From positions 292,313 to 356,312 of the forward strand of contig CAWBEI010000005.1 of NCBI GenBank assembly GCA_963787835.1: 64,000 bases of DNA, given 5' to 3'. The position numbers were made by a program, and so were the translations under genes. Shown here in pieces: positions 9,752-20,264 of this stretch (its first letter is position 1; every line of letters starts with the position of its first letter). The notes below the pieces were generated by a model that searched no databases, was not told the DNA's origin, and saw nothing but the letters and a program-made list of their open reading frames with translations. Source of the DNA: Ignavibacteriota bacterium (GTDB lineage Bacteria > Bacteroidota > Ignavibacteria > Palsa-1295).

Positions 9752-11771
9752 GTTTATCGAGCTCGGCTTTGATCGATTCCAGGCGAGTTGCGTTCGATTT
9801 CACACGCCCCAGATCGGAATAATATCCGGGATCGTACATGCCATCTTCGATGGCAATCTTTTCTTTCTCCAGCTTTTCGATCTGTTTTTCTATTTTGGAT
9901 ATTTTATCGCGAATGGGTTTTTCCTGTTTGTACTTCTTATTGCGTTCTTCCGCTTCGAGGCGTTTCCGGTTTTCTTCGTTGCGCTTTTGATGTTCTGTGT
10001 TTCGATCTGATTCAACCTGCGTTGGAGGTTTCTGCTTGGGTTCCTGTTTCGGCACAGCGGGTGCCGAGCGTTTGGCTCTGATACTGGCAAGCTCCTTGGC
10101 CCGCAATTCTTCGAGATATTCTTCAATGGGCCTCGGATACTCTTTCACATGGCCATCCCCGAAGGTAATGAGCCGGTCCGTGAGATCCTCGAGGAAATCA
10201 CGATCGTGAGAGATCACGATGACGGTTCCCTCGAACTGCAAGAGGGCTTCCTTTACAACTTCCTTAGACTGAACATCCAGGTGATTCGTCGGTTCGTCGA
10301 GAATGAGGGTGTTAACGGGTTCCAGCAGCATCTTCGCAAGCGCAAGCCGGGATTTTTCACCGCCGGAAAGCACTCGAACCGGTTTGAAGACATCATCCCC
10401 TTGAAATAAGAATGCGCCAAGCAATGTGCGTATCTGTGCCTGAGATCTTGGCGTGCCTCCGCTTTTCGAAGGAGCACTTGCATTCTGTCCATGAAAAAGT
10501 TGAGCTCTCGTGATGGATTCGAGCGTTTCAAGCACGGTAAGTTCTGGCTTCAGGGCTTCGGCCTGATGCTGTGCATAATATCCCAGCGTTACATTATGTC
10601 CAAGCGTCAGGGAACCTCCCGTCAAGGGTTCCTGACCGGCAAGGATCTTGCCCATGGTCGTTTTGCCTTCACCGTTACGGCCTAAGAATGCGATGCGATC
10701 TCCACGTTCTATGCGCAGATCGACTCCACTAAAGATATCACGAACGCCGTCGTACGATTTCGCACCATTTTCTATCTCGAAGACCATCCGTCCCGATGGC
10801 GGGGCAGTCGGAAAGCTAAAATGAACTGCCTTCCCATGCGAAGCAAGCTCGATGCGCTCCATGCGGTCGAGCATCTTCACACGGGACTGCGCCTGACGGG
10901 CTTTCGTGGCACTATAGCGAAAGCGCTCGACAAACCGCTCCAGCTCTTTTCGCCGAGCTTCGATATTTGCGCTTGCAGCAACAAGCTGTGCTTCGCGTTC
11001 CGCCTTCGTTCGTTCGTAATATTCGTAATTACCCGGATAAACTTCCACCTTTCCTTGCTCGATCTCGGCCGTCCGATTGCACACCAGATTGAGAAATGCC
11101 CGGTCGTGCGAGACCATGATGATCGTACCCTCGAACGCCTTGAGAAAGTTCTCAAGCCAGAGCATGCTTTCCAGATCAAGGTGGTTGGTCGGTTCGTCAA
11201 GCAGGAGAGCGTCGTTTCGGGCGATTAACAGTTTTGCGAGCATTAATCGCATTTGCCATCCACCGGAAAATGTTGCTACTGCCTGCGTAAGATCGTTTTC
11301 ACGAAATCCAAGTCCTGCAAGAATTTTCTTTGCATCGCTTTCGAGTTCGAATCCTCCCAAGTCCTCAAATTGATGGTGCAGCACACCAAAACGGTCTATC
11401 ACCTGAAAATAGGCATCACTTGCGTGATCCTGTCCGGGATCCCCCATCTCTTTCTGAACGGCCTCAAGCGCTTCTTCTATGTCAATAAGGTCTTCGCGCG
11501 CGCGCATTGCCTCGGCGATCAAAGTTCGTGACTGAGCGGCCGTATCGAGCGTTGGCTCCTGCGGCAAATAGCCGATCTGGTAACCTGTCGGCATATTCAC
11601 ACTGCCGGATTCCGGCTCATACACTCCGGCGATGATGCGCAGCAGCGTTGTTTTCCCGGCTCCGTTCGGGCCAACAAGTCCCATGCGGTCGCCGGGCCTT
11701 ACGGTAACTGTTGCATCGCGGAAAAGGAATTTTCCGCCGAACTGCATACTAAGATGTTCTAAGGCTATCAA
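9696..11771 (-). CDS. ABC-F family ATP-binding protein
   Basis: Two ABC cassettes (GPNGAGKTT/FSGGW/LLLDEPTNHLD; GRNGEGKTT/LSGGE/LILDEPTNHLD), no TM, coiled-coil tail. Confidence 0.95.
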   Translation of the reverse strand: MIALEHLSMQFGGKFLFRDATVTVRPGDRMGLVGPNGAGKTTLLRIIAGVYEPESGSVNMPTGYQIGYLPQEPTLDTAAQSRTLIAEAMRAREDLIDIEEALEAVQKEMGDPGQDHASDAYFQVIDRFGVLHHQFEDLGGFELESDAKKILAGLGFRENDLTQAVATFSGGWQMRLMLAKLLIARNDALLLDEPTNHLDLESMLWLENFLKAFEGTIIMVSHDRAFLNLVCNRTAEIEQGKVEVYPGNYEYYERTKAEREAQLVAASANIEARRKELERFVERFRYSATKARQAQSRVKMLDRMERIELASHGKAVHFSFPTAPPSGRMVFEIENGAKSYDGVRDIFSGVDLRIERGDRIAFLGRNGEGKTTMGKILAGQEPLTGGSLTLGHNVTLGYYAQHQAEALKPELTVLETLESITRAQLFHGQNASAPSKSGGTPRSQAQIRTLLGAFLFQGDDVFKPVRVLSGGEKSRLALAKMLLEPVNTLILDEPTNHLDVQSKEVVKEALLQFEGTVIVISHDRDFLEDLTDRLITFGDGHVKEYPRPIEEYLEELRAKELASIRAKRSAPAVPKQEPKQKPPTQVESDRNTEHQKRNEENRKRLEAEERNKKYKQEKPIRDKISKIEKQIEKLEKEKIAIEDGMYDPGYYSDLGRVKSNATRLESIKAELDKLMFDWAGLSETLGSLTVS

Positions 11772-11852
11772 TTAAGAATTAAAAATTAAGAATTAAAAAT
11801 GATAAATATGAAAAGGCAATATTGTGTTATTAAACACTATTCTCATTTAGAA

Positions 11853-12458
11853 TCATGGTTTCAGGATTACGTGGTAGAATTGCTCGCCGTTCGGGAAATC
11901 TTCTATTTCTTCCCATAGGATAGTTAAGCCAATATGTTTAAATGTATCTCTGTATTCATCAGGCCCATAATGTGACCAATACATCGTCACCCCTTTCCAT
12001 TCACGAACGATCTCTTCTTCGTTGCTGGCTCCGAGGACAAGATACGCAATACCAGAGGGTTTCAGCCACAGCCGTATGTTCTTGAGCAACTGTTCCTGTT
12101 CCTTTTGAGGAACGTGTATAATTGCGAAGGTGCTCACAATGAGGTCAAACGTTGCATTATCAAATCGGCATTCAGACATATCTGACTGAATGAATTTGCC
12201 ATCCGGAATTTGATCCCTGGCTATCCGAATCATCTCCCCAGAAATATCGACTCCTGTTATATCATATCCTTTACGTGCAAAATATCCGGTCACCGGTTCA
12301 CCGCCTCCGCAGCCTAAATCAAGCACCTTCCCTTTGTTGGGAAAATATTCTGAAAGTGAATCGAAGAACTCACTGACAATCTCTTTCCGAGAAAGACGGT
12401 GTGAATTGTATTCATTCGCTATGACATTATAGCCATCTTCAACGATTTTCTTATTCAT
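11853..12458 (-). CDS. Class I SAM-dependent methyltransferase
   Basis: VLDLGCGGG, GVDIS, FDLIV, WLKPSG; likely start MNKKIV at 12458. Confidence 0.9.
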   Translation of the reverse strand: MNKKIVEDGYNVIANEYNSHRLSRKEIVSEFFDSLSEYFPNKGKVLDLGCGGGEPVTGYFARKGYDITGVDISGEMIRIARDQIPDGKFIQSDMSECRFDNATFDLIVSTFAIIHVPQKEQEQLLKNIRLWLKPSGIAYLVLGASNEEEIVREWKGVTMYWSHYGPDEYRDTFKHIGLTILWEEIEDFPNGEQFYHVILKP

Positions 12459-12465
12459 GATCACT

Positions 12466-12999
12466 TTATGGTTGAAGACCTCTGCGGGATCGGTGGCGTC
12501 TGCGAGCGAAAGGTATTTGGCGTTCACCGTGCTTGCCCTCTTTATCGTACGGAAGTATTGAGATGGAACCATCTATTTCAAGAATGGCAGTTTTCACTTC
12601 GGAAATATCGGTAAATCCATGCTCGCGGATCTGTTCTTCAAGTTCCTCTGGCCGGATCGACTCTTTCGTTAGATTTGACATGACCATCTGACCATTTCGA
12701 ATAAGAAGTCGTGGTTCGCCAGTGATGAGCCCACCGAGTTTTGTATCCCGAAAAATAACTTTTGTCAGAATGACATTAATAAGAATGAGCGTAGCTGCGG
12801 CAACAATGCCGCCGAGCAGCGATGAATCGTTACCAACCATTGCATTCTGAACGGCGTTTGAAACGAGAAGGATTAGCGCAAAATCGATCAGCGAAAGCTG
12901 CGAAATATGCCGTTTGCCCGCCAGACGAAATCCGGCAAGAATAACAAGATAGACCACCGTGCTGCGCACGACGATCTCGATCAGGGAATTAGAGAACAT
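12466..12999 (-). CDS. DUF421 / YetF-like membrane protein
   Basis: RLAGKRHISQLSLIDF, GEPRLLIRNG, AILEIDGSISI. Confidence 0.9.
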   Translation of the reverse strand: MFSNSLIEIVVRSTVVYLVILAGFRLAGKRHISQLSLIDFALILLVSNAVQNAMVGNDSSLLGGIVAAATLILINVILTKVIFRDTKLGGLITGEPRLLIRNGQMVMSNLTKESIRPEELEEQIREHGFTDISEVKTAILEIDGSISILPYDKEGKHGERQIPFARRRHRSRRGLQP

Positions 13000-13091
13000 T
13001 TTGTTCGATATCTGGTAGTTAGGCGGGCGTAACAGCTATCTCATCACTATCGCTTCCGAACGGAGATGTGAAACCCTGGTGTTTTAAAAAC

Positions 13092-13205
13092 GTCATTGCG
13101 AGGAGCTTTCGATGAGCGGAGCGAATCGAAAGCGACGAAGCAATCTGTAGGGATTGCTTCGTCGCGGTGTTCTCCCTTCGGTCGAACACCGCTCCTCGCA
13201 ATGAC
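13092..13205. repeat. GTCATTGCGAG palindromic element, copy 2
   Basis: GTCATTGCGAGGAGC...GCGACGAAGCAATC...GATTGCTTCGTCGC...GCTCCTCGCAATGAC. Confidence 0.88.
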
Positions 13206-13227
13206 GTGACTCGAAAAGGTAAAGACC

Positions 13228-14571
13228 ATGGCCACACCAAATCAAGCAACCACCCAGCGGCTCACAGAGATAGAAAAAGAACTTGCCGAACTTCAGGAAA
13301 GCCGCACCCAGCTACGCTCCCACTGGGAGCACGAAAAGCGGCTCATTAAGGATATTCGCGCTCAGCGCGAGGAGATCGAGGCACTGCGCAATCAGGCCGA
13401 ACAGTTTGAGCGCCAGGGCGATCTTGGCAAAGTTGCTGAGATTCGCTATGGCACGATCCCAAAAACGGAGAGCGATCTCGCCAAGAAACAGGCTGAACTG
13501 GAAAAGCTTCAGAAAGACCATCAGATGCTGAAAGAGGTCGTCGGTCCCGAGGACATTGCTGAAGTCGTTGCGAAATGGACAGGCATTCCCGTCTCGCGTA
13601 TGCTGGAAAGCGAGCGCGAAAAGCTCCTGAAAATGGAAGACCGGTTGCACGAGCGTATCGTCGGGCAGGATGAAGCAGTTACGGCGGTATCGAACGCCAT
13701 CCGCCGCTCCCGCGCAGGAATGCAGGATCGCAACCGTCCCATCGGGAGCTTTATTTTTCTTGGTTCAACGGGTGTTGGCAAAACGGAGCTGGCCCGCGCA
13801 CTTGCGGAATTTCTTTTCGATGATGAACATGCCATGGTTCGCATCGACATGTCGGAATACATGGAGAAATTTTCCGTCTCGCGTTTAGTTGGCGCTCCGC
13901 CGGGATATGTTGGGTATGAAGAGGGTGGTCAGCTTACGGAAGCAGTGCGGCGCCGTCCATATAGTGTTTTATTACTTGACGAGATCGAGAAAGCACACCC
14001 TGATGTGTTCAATATTCTCTTGCAAGTGCTCGATGATGGCCGCCTTACGGATTCGCAAGGCCGAACGGTCGATTTTAAGAATACGATCATCATCATGACC
14101 TCGAATATCGGTTCCCATATTATTACTGCTGAGATGCAGAAGATGAATGATGAGAATAGAGACCGCATTCTTGCACATCTTCGAACGCTGCTGCTTACAG
14201 AGTTGCGCAAGACCATCCGTCCGGAGTTCCTGAACCGGATTGACGAGATCGTGATGTTCCAGCCAATTTCGGAAAGCGATCTTCGAAAGATCGTGGATAT
14301 TCAACTTCTTCGCGTAATCGAAATGACGGAAAAGAACGGTATCCATCTTGAAGTCTCCAATGATGCCCGCGATTGGCTTGCCAAAAGTGGTTTCGATCCC
14401 ATTTATGGTGCGCGCCCACTCAAGCGTGTGATACAACGCGCTGTCGTCGATCCACTATCGATGAAGCTATTGGGCGGGGAGATCGCGCAAGGCGATACGG
14501 TGCGTGTCGATCATAATGATCGTGGGCAATATACGTTTGAGAAAGTGGCTGGTGATTCTCTTGCGGATTAA
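13228..14571 (+). CDS. clpB: ClpB C-terminal half (partial M-domain + NBD2); N-domain and NBD1 absent
   Basis: AEIRYG M-domain motif, [49 protein letters not shown]; only 447 aa. Confidence 0.9.
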   Translation: MATPNQATTQRLTEIEKELAELQESRTQLRSHWEHEKRLIKDIRAQREEIEALRNQAEQFERQGDLGKVAEIRYGTIPKTESDLAKKQAELEKLQKDHQMLKEVVGPEDIAEVVAKWTGIPVSRMLESEREKLLKMEDRLHERIVGQDEAVTAVSNAIRRSRAGMQDRNRPIGSFIFLGSTGVGKTELARALAEFLFDDEHAMVRIDMSEYMEKFSVSRLVGAPPGYVGYEEGGQLTEAVRRRPYSVLLLDEIEKAHPDVFNILLQVLDDGRLTDSQGRTVDFKNTIIIMTSNIGSHIITAEMQKMNDENRDRILAHLRTLLLTELRKTIRPEFLNRIDEIVMFQPISESDLRKIVDIQLLRVIEMTEKNGIHLEVSNDARDWLAKSGFDPIYGARPLKRVIQRAVVDPLSMKLLGGEIAQGDTVRVDHNDRGQYTFEKVAGDSLAD

Positions 14572-15242
14572 ATCGGGAACATCATTCCGCCAGCGATACG
14601 AACATCCCGGGTCTTGATAGTGCCGGAGGGAGAAAAAAGCAGTTCACCCTCATAATTTGGATTGGCTAAATTTAATATGTTCACCAATCCAAACGCATAT
14701 CCCGCGTCGACAAAGATTTGTGTACCACTCGACAAATTGAACGTAAGTCCAGCACCGCCAACAATTGAAAAATCGACCATATTCACTCCATCGTTGATTT
14801 TGTAGTCAGCGCCAAGTGTTCCGCTTCCTTGTTGCTTGGCATAGCCCCAAAACATATAGCCGATTGATGGCCCAGCAAATACATAAGGTTGAAAATTTCC
14901 ATTACTGAACCCCACTTTTAAAAAAATTGGAATTTCGAGATAATTAAGTGTAATATCGTTCGATGCAACATACCCGGGAACGTTGCTCTCCTCATGCCAC
15001 CCTTTTTGATCGAGCAGAAGGCCGGTGCTCAGTGCGACCATGTTGCTAAACCATATGTCGAGCTGAGCGCCGCCGATGAGCCCGTTGATTGTACTTTTAT
15101 TGATTCCATTTGCAGTGGAATCCCATACTACGGTACCGACATCCATTCCGCCACGCAGCCCAAGCATAAGCTTTTGCGCGTAGGATGATGAGGAAATTAC
15201 AAGGGTTGTAAGTATGGAGATCGAAAAAACGATTTTTTTCAT
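14568..15242 (-). CDS. Outer-membrane beta-barrel (porin family) protein
   Basis: Signal peptide, [22 protein letters not shown], terminal beta-strand. Confidence 0.85.
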   Translation of the reverse strand: MKKIVFSISILTTLVISSSSYAQKLMLGLRGGMDVGTVVWDSTANGINKSTINGLIGGAQLDIWFSNMVALSTGLLLDQKGWHEESNVPGYVASNDITLNYLEIPIFLKVGFSNGNFQPYVFAGPSIGYMFWGYAKQQGSGTLGADYKINDGVNMVDFSIVGGAGLTFNLSSGTQIFVDAGYAFGLVNILNLANPNYEGELLFSPSGTIKTRDVRIAGGMMFPI

Positions 15243-15387
15243 GTCTAATGCTCGTTGCTAATTAAATTCTGGGGTGAACCGAATTCTCAGCACACCATAA
15301 TGAATAATTTGTTACGATCCCATTCCGAAGAGGTTACAGGGTAATTATTTGTGACCTAACGGCAGTCGTTGTTCCTCCAAATCAATG

Positions 15388-16323
15388 CTAACTCAGCTTC
15401 ACCCTCGGATCCAACCGTGCATACACAAGGTCGACCACAAAATTCACAGAGACAAAGATCGCCGCAGAAAATATTACGGTTCCCTGAATGATCGGGAAAT
15501 CGCTGCGCGTGATGGCATCGACCGCTTGCAGCCCTATTCCAGGCCAGTTGAAGATATATTCAATAAAGTAGGTGCCGACGAGCAATCCGGCAAGCCATGC
15601 ACTGACGGTCGTAACAACGGGGTTGAGAGCATTCCTCAGCGCATGTTTATACACAATGGATTTCCACGGCGCGCCTTTTGCTTTAGCAGTGCGGATGTAA
15701 TCGCTGGACATGACTTCCAACATACTCGATCTTGTCACGCGAGCAATAACCGAAACAGGACGTAAGGCAAGGACCAGCATTGGCAATATCAGGTATTCAA
15801 TATGCAGTTCGCCGCCTTCCCACATATATCCGGAGACGGGGAGCCAATCCAGCCACGAACCAAATACGAGCATCGCTAATAACCCCATTACGAACGCGGG
15901 AACGGAAATTCCAATAAGGGCGAACAGCATACTGGCATTATCGAAGAGACTATAGGAACGAATCGCACTCACGACGCCAATTCCAACACCGAGTACAGAT
16001 GCAATAAGCATGGCGCTGATGGCAAGTGTTGCCGTCGCGCCGAAACGATCCATAATGCTATCGAGAACGGGTCGGTTCGAGGTGAATGACCGTCCCAGAT
16101 CACCATGCGCGACATTGCCAATGAACCTCACATATCGTTGCCACGCAGGAAGATCAAGGCCAAGCTCATGCCGAATTGCCGTTTGCGTGGCAAGATCCGC
16201 CCGCTGCCCCTGCATCATGCGCGCAGGGTCGGGCAATAAATTCATAATAAAAAAGACTACCGTCACCACCCCGAATATTACAAGGATGGAATAAATAAAT
16301 CTGCGAATGGTAAACGCCAGCAT
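15388..16323 (-). CDS. Peptide/nickel ABC transporter permease (DppB/OppB-like)
   Basis: LGLDLP, GDLGRS, RSSMLEVMSSDYIRTAKAKG, FNWPGIG, DLVYARLDPRV. Confidence 0.93.
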   Translation of the reverse strand: MLAFTIRRFIYSILVIFGVVTVVFFIMNLLPDPARMMQGQRADLATQTAIRHELGLDLPAWQRYVRFIGNVAHGDLGRSFTSNRPVLDSIMDRFGATATLAISAMLIASVLGVGIGVVSAIRSYSLFDNASMLFALIGISVPAFVMGLLAMLVFGSWLDWLPVSGYMWEGGELHIEYLILPMLVLALRPVSVIARVTRSSMLEVMSSDYIRTAKAKGAPWKSIVYKHALRNALNPVVTTVSAWLAGLLVGTYFIEYIFNWPGIGLQAVDAITRSDFPIIQGTVIFSAAIFVSVNFVVDLVYARLDPRVKLS

Positions 16324-16336
16324 GGTAATTTGTCCA

Positions 16337-16461
16337 GTCAATGCGAGAAGGAATTACGGAGCGAAGCGGAGTAATTTCGTCGAAGCAATCTCCCACTTAA
16401 TGGATGAGATTGCTTCGTCGCATAATTCTCCCTCCGGTCGAATTATGCTTCTCGCAATGAC
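16337..16461. repeat. GTCATTGCGAG palindromic element, copy 3
   Basis: GTCAATGCGAGAAG...CGAAGCAATCTC...GAGATTGCTTCG...CTTCTCGCAATGAC. Confidence 0.85.
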
Positions 16462-16484
16462 AGTAAAAGAGAACAGGCAATTGT

Positions 16485-16808
16485 TTACTCCAGTTTAACG
16501 GCTGTGCCGTAGCAGAGCACTTCGGTCACGCCGCTCATGATCTCAGTTGCATCATAACGGACTCCGATAATACCGTCGGCGCCAAGCTGTTCGGCATGTG
16601 CAACCATGAGTTCATACGTGTCAGCCCGAGCTTTCTCGCACAGTTCGGAGTAGATAGAGATGTTGCCGCCAAAGATCGTTTGCAGTCCAGCCGCGAACGA
16701 GCCGACGATCGACCTGGAGCGAACGATAATGCCACGCACGACCCCAAGGTTCTTCGCTATTTTACGGCCTGCGAGATCGAATGAAGTAGTAATATTTGAG
16801 TGATCCAT
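16485..16808 (-). CDS. YbjQ / UPF0145 family protein
   Basis: [26 protein letters not shown]. Confidence 0.92.
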   Translation of the reverse strand: MDHSNITTSFDLAGRKIAKNLGVVRGIIVRSRSIVGSFAAGLQTIFGGNISIYSELCEKARADTYELMVAHAEQLGADGIIGVRYDATEIMSGVTEVLCYGTAVKLE

Positions 16809-16889
16809 AAGAATTGAATGATTTAGAAAATACAAATATACGAGAGAAAAGAAGGACTATTGAGAAAAATTTCGTATATTTGTACATAA

Positions 16890-17095
16890 ATATGTGGTGC
16901 CTCGCACAAATGAGCGATCATGCGGCGAGGTGAAAAGGGAATCTCGTGACGTTCGAATGAGCGATCATCCGAATTAATTCGAGAGCTGCCCCGCAACTGT
17001 AACTCCATCGGCGTTCAATCGCCGTCCACGAAGTCCACTGGGTCCACGGACCTGGGAAGGCATTTTAGGAGAAGCCAGGAGACCTGCCACGTCAT
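16890..17095 (+). promoter_or_regulatory. Cobalamin (AdoCbl) riboswitch
   Basis: GGTGC...AAAAGGGAA...GCTGCCCCGCAACTGTAA...CCACTG...GGGAAGG...AGCCAGGAGACCTGCC (B12 box) upstream of a TonB-dependent receptor. Confidence 0.95.
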
Positions 17096-17232
17096 TCTAA
17101 TTCACTTGGCCTTCGAGGGAGAGGCAGGAGTTACAGACAATCGGAATTGTAGCGTAAACGTTAGTTTGCGCTCGCTCGCTCGATTTTTCGTGCTCCTATG
17201 CTCGCCTCCCGAAGGCTGTATGGGAGCTTTTT

Positions 17233-19200
17233 TTGTCGCATTTTTTAATTATTACGCCGTTACTTCTCATAGCTGTGAGCTATGTGAACGCACGCGCCCA
17301 ACCGGAAGATACGATAAAGCGATTGCCGCCAAAATCGGTGGAAATAACCGCTCTGCGTCCAAGCGATCTCCCGGCAATTGATCCACGCCAGGTTGAAATA
17401 AAGCCTACGGATGAGCTTTTTCGGCAAACTGGCTCGATGATCGCTGCAGAAGCCTTAAATGCCATTTCTTCTTCGCTTGACATTCGGCAATATGGCTCAC
17501 TCGGCTCGATCGCCTTGCCAAGTTTTCGCGGATTGCCTGAGGAATATACCATCGTTTATCGCGATGGTATTCGTGCCACGAATGAACAGCTTGGAGAGAC
17601 CGATCTGGGACAGCTTACGTTGCATGGGATCTCGCATGTGGAATTAATTCCAGCATCGAGTGCTGTCTTGCTCGGCGGCGATGCGATCGGTTCAGCCATA
17701 AATCTTGTAAGTGAAATTCGTGATTCGAATGTGCTAACCGTTGGCACTGAACAGACGACGTATGATGGTTCCATCGGGTTACCAACGAATTCCTATTATG
17801 CGAAGGCATCGATCAATCCTCTACCATCGCTTTCGATCGTCGCAGGAGGGTCGCTCGATCAATCGACGGGAGTGTTCCCATTTTATCAGGATTCGGCTCA
17901 TCCGAATGTGCTTCGGGAGAATAACGATGCCGCGCTTCGGAGTGCAAATCTCGCGGCGTTATGGACAGCCTCCGATAACACAACCATCCGTTTTCTTGGT
18001 AATTATTTTTATGCGAATCGGGGTACGCCGGGAGCTGTCAATCCGGATGGTATATCTTCGCTTACAGCGCGGCAAACGGACGCTCAAACATTCGGGGCGA
18101 TCAAAGCAGATCATGATGATGGCCCGCTTGCTTCTACATTCTCACTTGCGTGGCAGCGCCAATTCGAAAGTTACCGCGATACAATCCATGCGCAGAACGA
18201 TAGTGCATGGAATAATCTGATCGATGCTTTTGAGCGTGCAAGTTATAAGATCGATCAAGCGATCGAGGCATTTGGCGGCATTGAGGATGAGCACACGAGC
18301 CTCGCCGGAACGACGAATCATACCCCCAATGGTGATTCTATCATCGGCCGTTACCGAACCAGCGCGTACGGCGCAGCAAAAGTGCTTCCATTCGATAATG
18401 TAGATGTGAATGGCTCGCTGCGTCTTGAGAACATTTCCGATCTTTCTTTGACGGAACTTCTCCCACAAGCTGCGGTCAATTTTGCTCCGTTTCACGATCT
18501 TGTTTTTGGTGGAGCGTACAGCAGCAGTTTTCATGCTCCAACTCTGAATGATCTGTATTGGTTTGAGGGAGGGAACGCTAAGCTCAAGCCTGAACATGGA
18601 GAGAATTGGCAGTCATCCATCAGTTTCGAGCCGTATTGGAACTCATTCTCGACAAAATTTAGTGCTACCGGGTTCCTTGCTCACATTAACAATGAAATTA
18701 TTTGGGAGCCATATCTCGGTACGGAATGGACACCGATCAATGTGGGTGAAGTAGAATCGAAGGGAATAGAATTTCGTGCCAGCGCATCGGCGAATATAGA
18801 TTCCAAAACGTCCCTGCACGTTGAAGAAAGTTACACATGGCTCGACGCAAAAAATATTACTCCTGGGGATTCGAACTACGGCAAAGAGCTTCAATATTCG
18901 TCTCCAACGCGCTCGCTGTTTATCGCCGAAATAGATAGGAGCGATTGGGGATCGCTAACGGTGCTTGCTCGGTATCGTGGCCATGAATATTCCGATCCCG
19001 CGAATACTCCCAGCGGGAAATTCCAACCGGTTACCACCTTCGATGTTAACATCAGCTCCAGAGAACTTACTTTTGAAGGCATTGGCCTGAAAATATTACT
19101 CGGAGTGGTCGATCTGACCAATGAGCATTATGAAGACATCATCAATTACCCGATCCCGGGCCGAACCTACCATTTTTCCATTGAACTAAATTACCATTAA
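17233..19200 (+). CDS. btuB: TonB-dependent receptor, BtuB-like cobalamin transporter
   Basis: Plug domain, APTLNDLYW...LKPE, YPIPGRTYHFSIELNY; downstream of B12 riboswitch. Confidence 0.85.
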   Translation: MSHFLIITPLLLIAVSYVNARAQPEDTIKRLPPKSVEITALRPSDLPAIDPRQVEIKPTDELFRQTGSMIAAEALNAISSSLDIRQYGSLGSIALPSFRGLPEEYTIVYRDGIRATNEQLGETDLGQLTLHGISHVELIPASSAVLLGGDAIGSAINLVSEIRDSNVLTVGTEQTTYDGSIGLPTNSYYAKASINPLPSLSIVAGGSLDQSTGVFPFYQDSAHPNVLRENNDAALRSANLAALWTASDNTTIRFLGNYFYANRGTPGAVNPDGISSLTARQTDAQTFGAIKADHDDGPLASTFSLAWQRQFESYRDTIHAQNDSAWNNLIDAFERASYKIDQAIEAFGGIEDEHTSLAGTTNHTPNGDSIIGRYRTSAYGAAKVLPFDNVDVNGSLRLENISDLSLTELLPQAAVNFAPFHDLVFGGAYSSSFHAPTLNDLYWFEGGNAKLKPEHGENWQSSISFEPYWNSFSTKFSATGFLAHINNEIIWEPYLGTEWTPINVGEVESKGIEFRASASANIDSKTSLHVEESYTWLDAKNITPGDSNYGKELQYSSPTRSLFIAEIDRSDWGSLTVLARYRGHEYSDPANTPSGKFQPVTTFDVNISSRELTFEGIGLKILLGVVDLTNEHYEDIINYPIPGRTYHFSIELNYH

Positions 19201-19202
19201 TC

Positions 19203-20252
19203 ATGAAAAGCAAACTCCATTTCCTAATCATTGTGGCACTTCTTTCCACTACGCTTGCCGCATGTGAATCGCCATCGAATACCCCTGGTACCCCGATCAC
19301 GGTGGTTCCATCGACCCGAACACTTTTTGCAGTGAGCGAAGGGGAATACACACATAATAACTCGACGCTCGATGCCGTTCTGTTCCGCGATTCGTCCAGT
19401 CACTATGATACGATCGACGATCATGGTGTGGTGACCGGTATGGGCGAAGGGAACGATATTCTGTTATGGGGGAATCGTGTGATCGTTCTCGATAATTATG
19501 CGAACAGCATTTATGTCGTGGACGCCGATTCACTCAAAAAGCTTGCGACGATCTCCATGGGAACCGATGGCCCCAATAAAATGGTGCTCATTCGCCCGAA
19601 CCTGCTGCTCGTCACGCGGCGTAACCAAAACAGCGCCGCAATCATCAATCTTACGACCAACTCCATTGAAGATACGGTCACCTTAGGCGAGCCAAGCATT
19701 GCCGTCGCGGTTTTGGATAACAAAGCATTTATTACCGGCGGCACGTACAATACGATCGGGCATTTGCATGTAATTGATCTTACATCGCTTCAGCAAATCT
19801 CATCCACGGTGATCCTTACTGATCCGGAACGAGCGGTAGCCGATAGCGCATCGGGGCAGATCATTCTCGGATGCGATGGCATCTATCAAACTGTTTCGCC
19901 GCGCATTTATTGGGTCAATGCCACGACCAATGCGTTAGTCGATTCTGTCAATGCACTAACGGATAGCGCCTCTATTACCTTCACCACCGGCGGACGTGTA
20001 AGCCTGATCGAAAACGGCACGCTTCGAAGCATGGATAACGTAAATCATGTCGTTGGTACGCCGATCCTCTCGAATGCTACCCCATATTATGATGGTTATT
20101 TCGATGCAACATCCAATGCGTATTATTTGGGTAATCCTGGCGATTATACGAACAACGGAACCATCGATGCATACAACGCCTCGACGGGAGCATTGCTGTG
20201 GTCGCGGCCAGCCGGAATCGCACCTGCACATTTCGCGTTCTACAACCCATAA
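19203..20252 (+). CDS. YncE/YVTN beta-propeller lipoprotein (BtuG-like)
   Basis: Lipobox LAAC, SEG motif, beta-propeller repeats, GIAPAHF end; in B12 operon. Confidence 0.75.
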   Translation: MKSKLHFLIIVALLSTTLAACESPSNTPGTPITVVPSTRTLFAVSEGEYTHNNSTLDAVLFRDSSSHYDTIDDHGVVTGMGEGNDILLWGNRVIVLDNYANSIYVVDADSLKKLATISMGTDGPNKMVLIRPNLLLVTRRNQNSAAIINLTTNSIEDTVTLGEPSIAVAVLDNKAFITGGTYNTIGHLHVIDLTSLQQISSTVILTDPERAVADSASGQIILGCDGIYQTVSPRIYWVNATTNALVDSVNALTDSASITFTTGGRVSLIENGTLRSMDNVNHVVGTPILSNATPYYDGYFDATSNAYYLGNPGDYTNNGTIDAYNASTGALLWSRPAGIAPAHFAFYNP

Positions 20253-20264
20253 TACAATTCGAAC

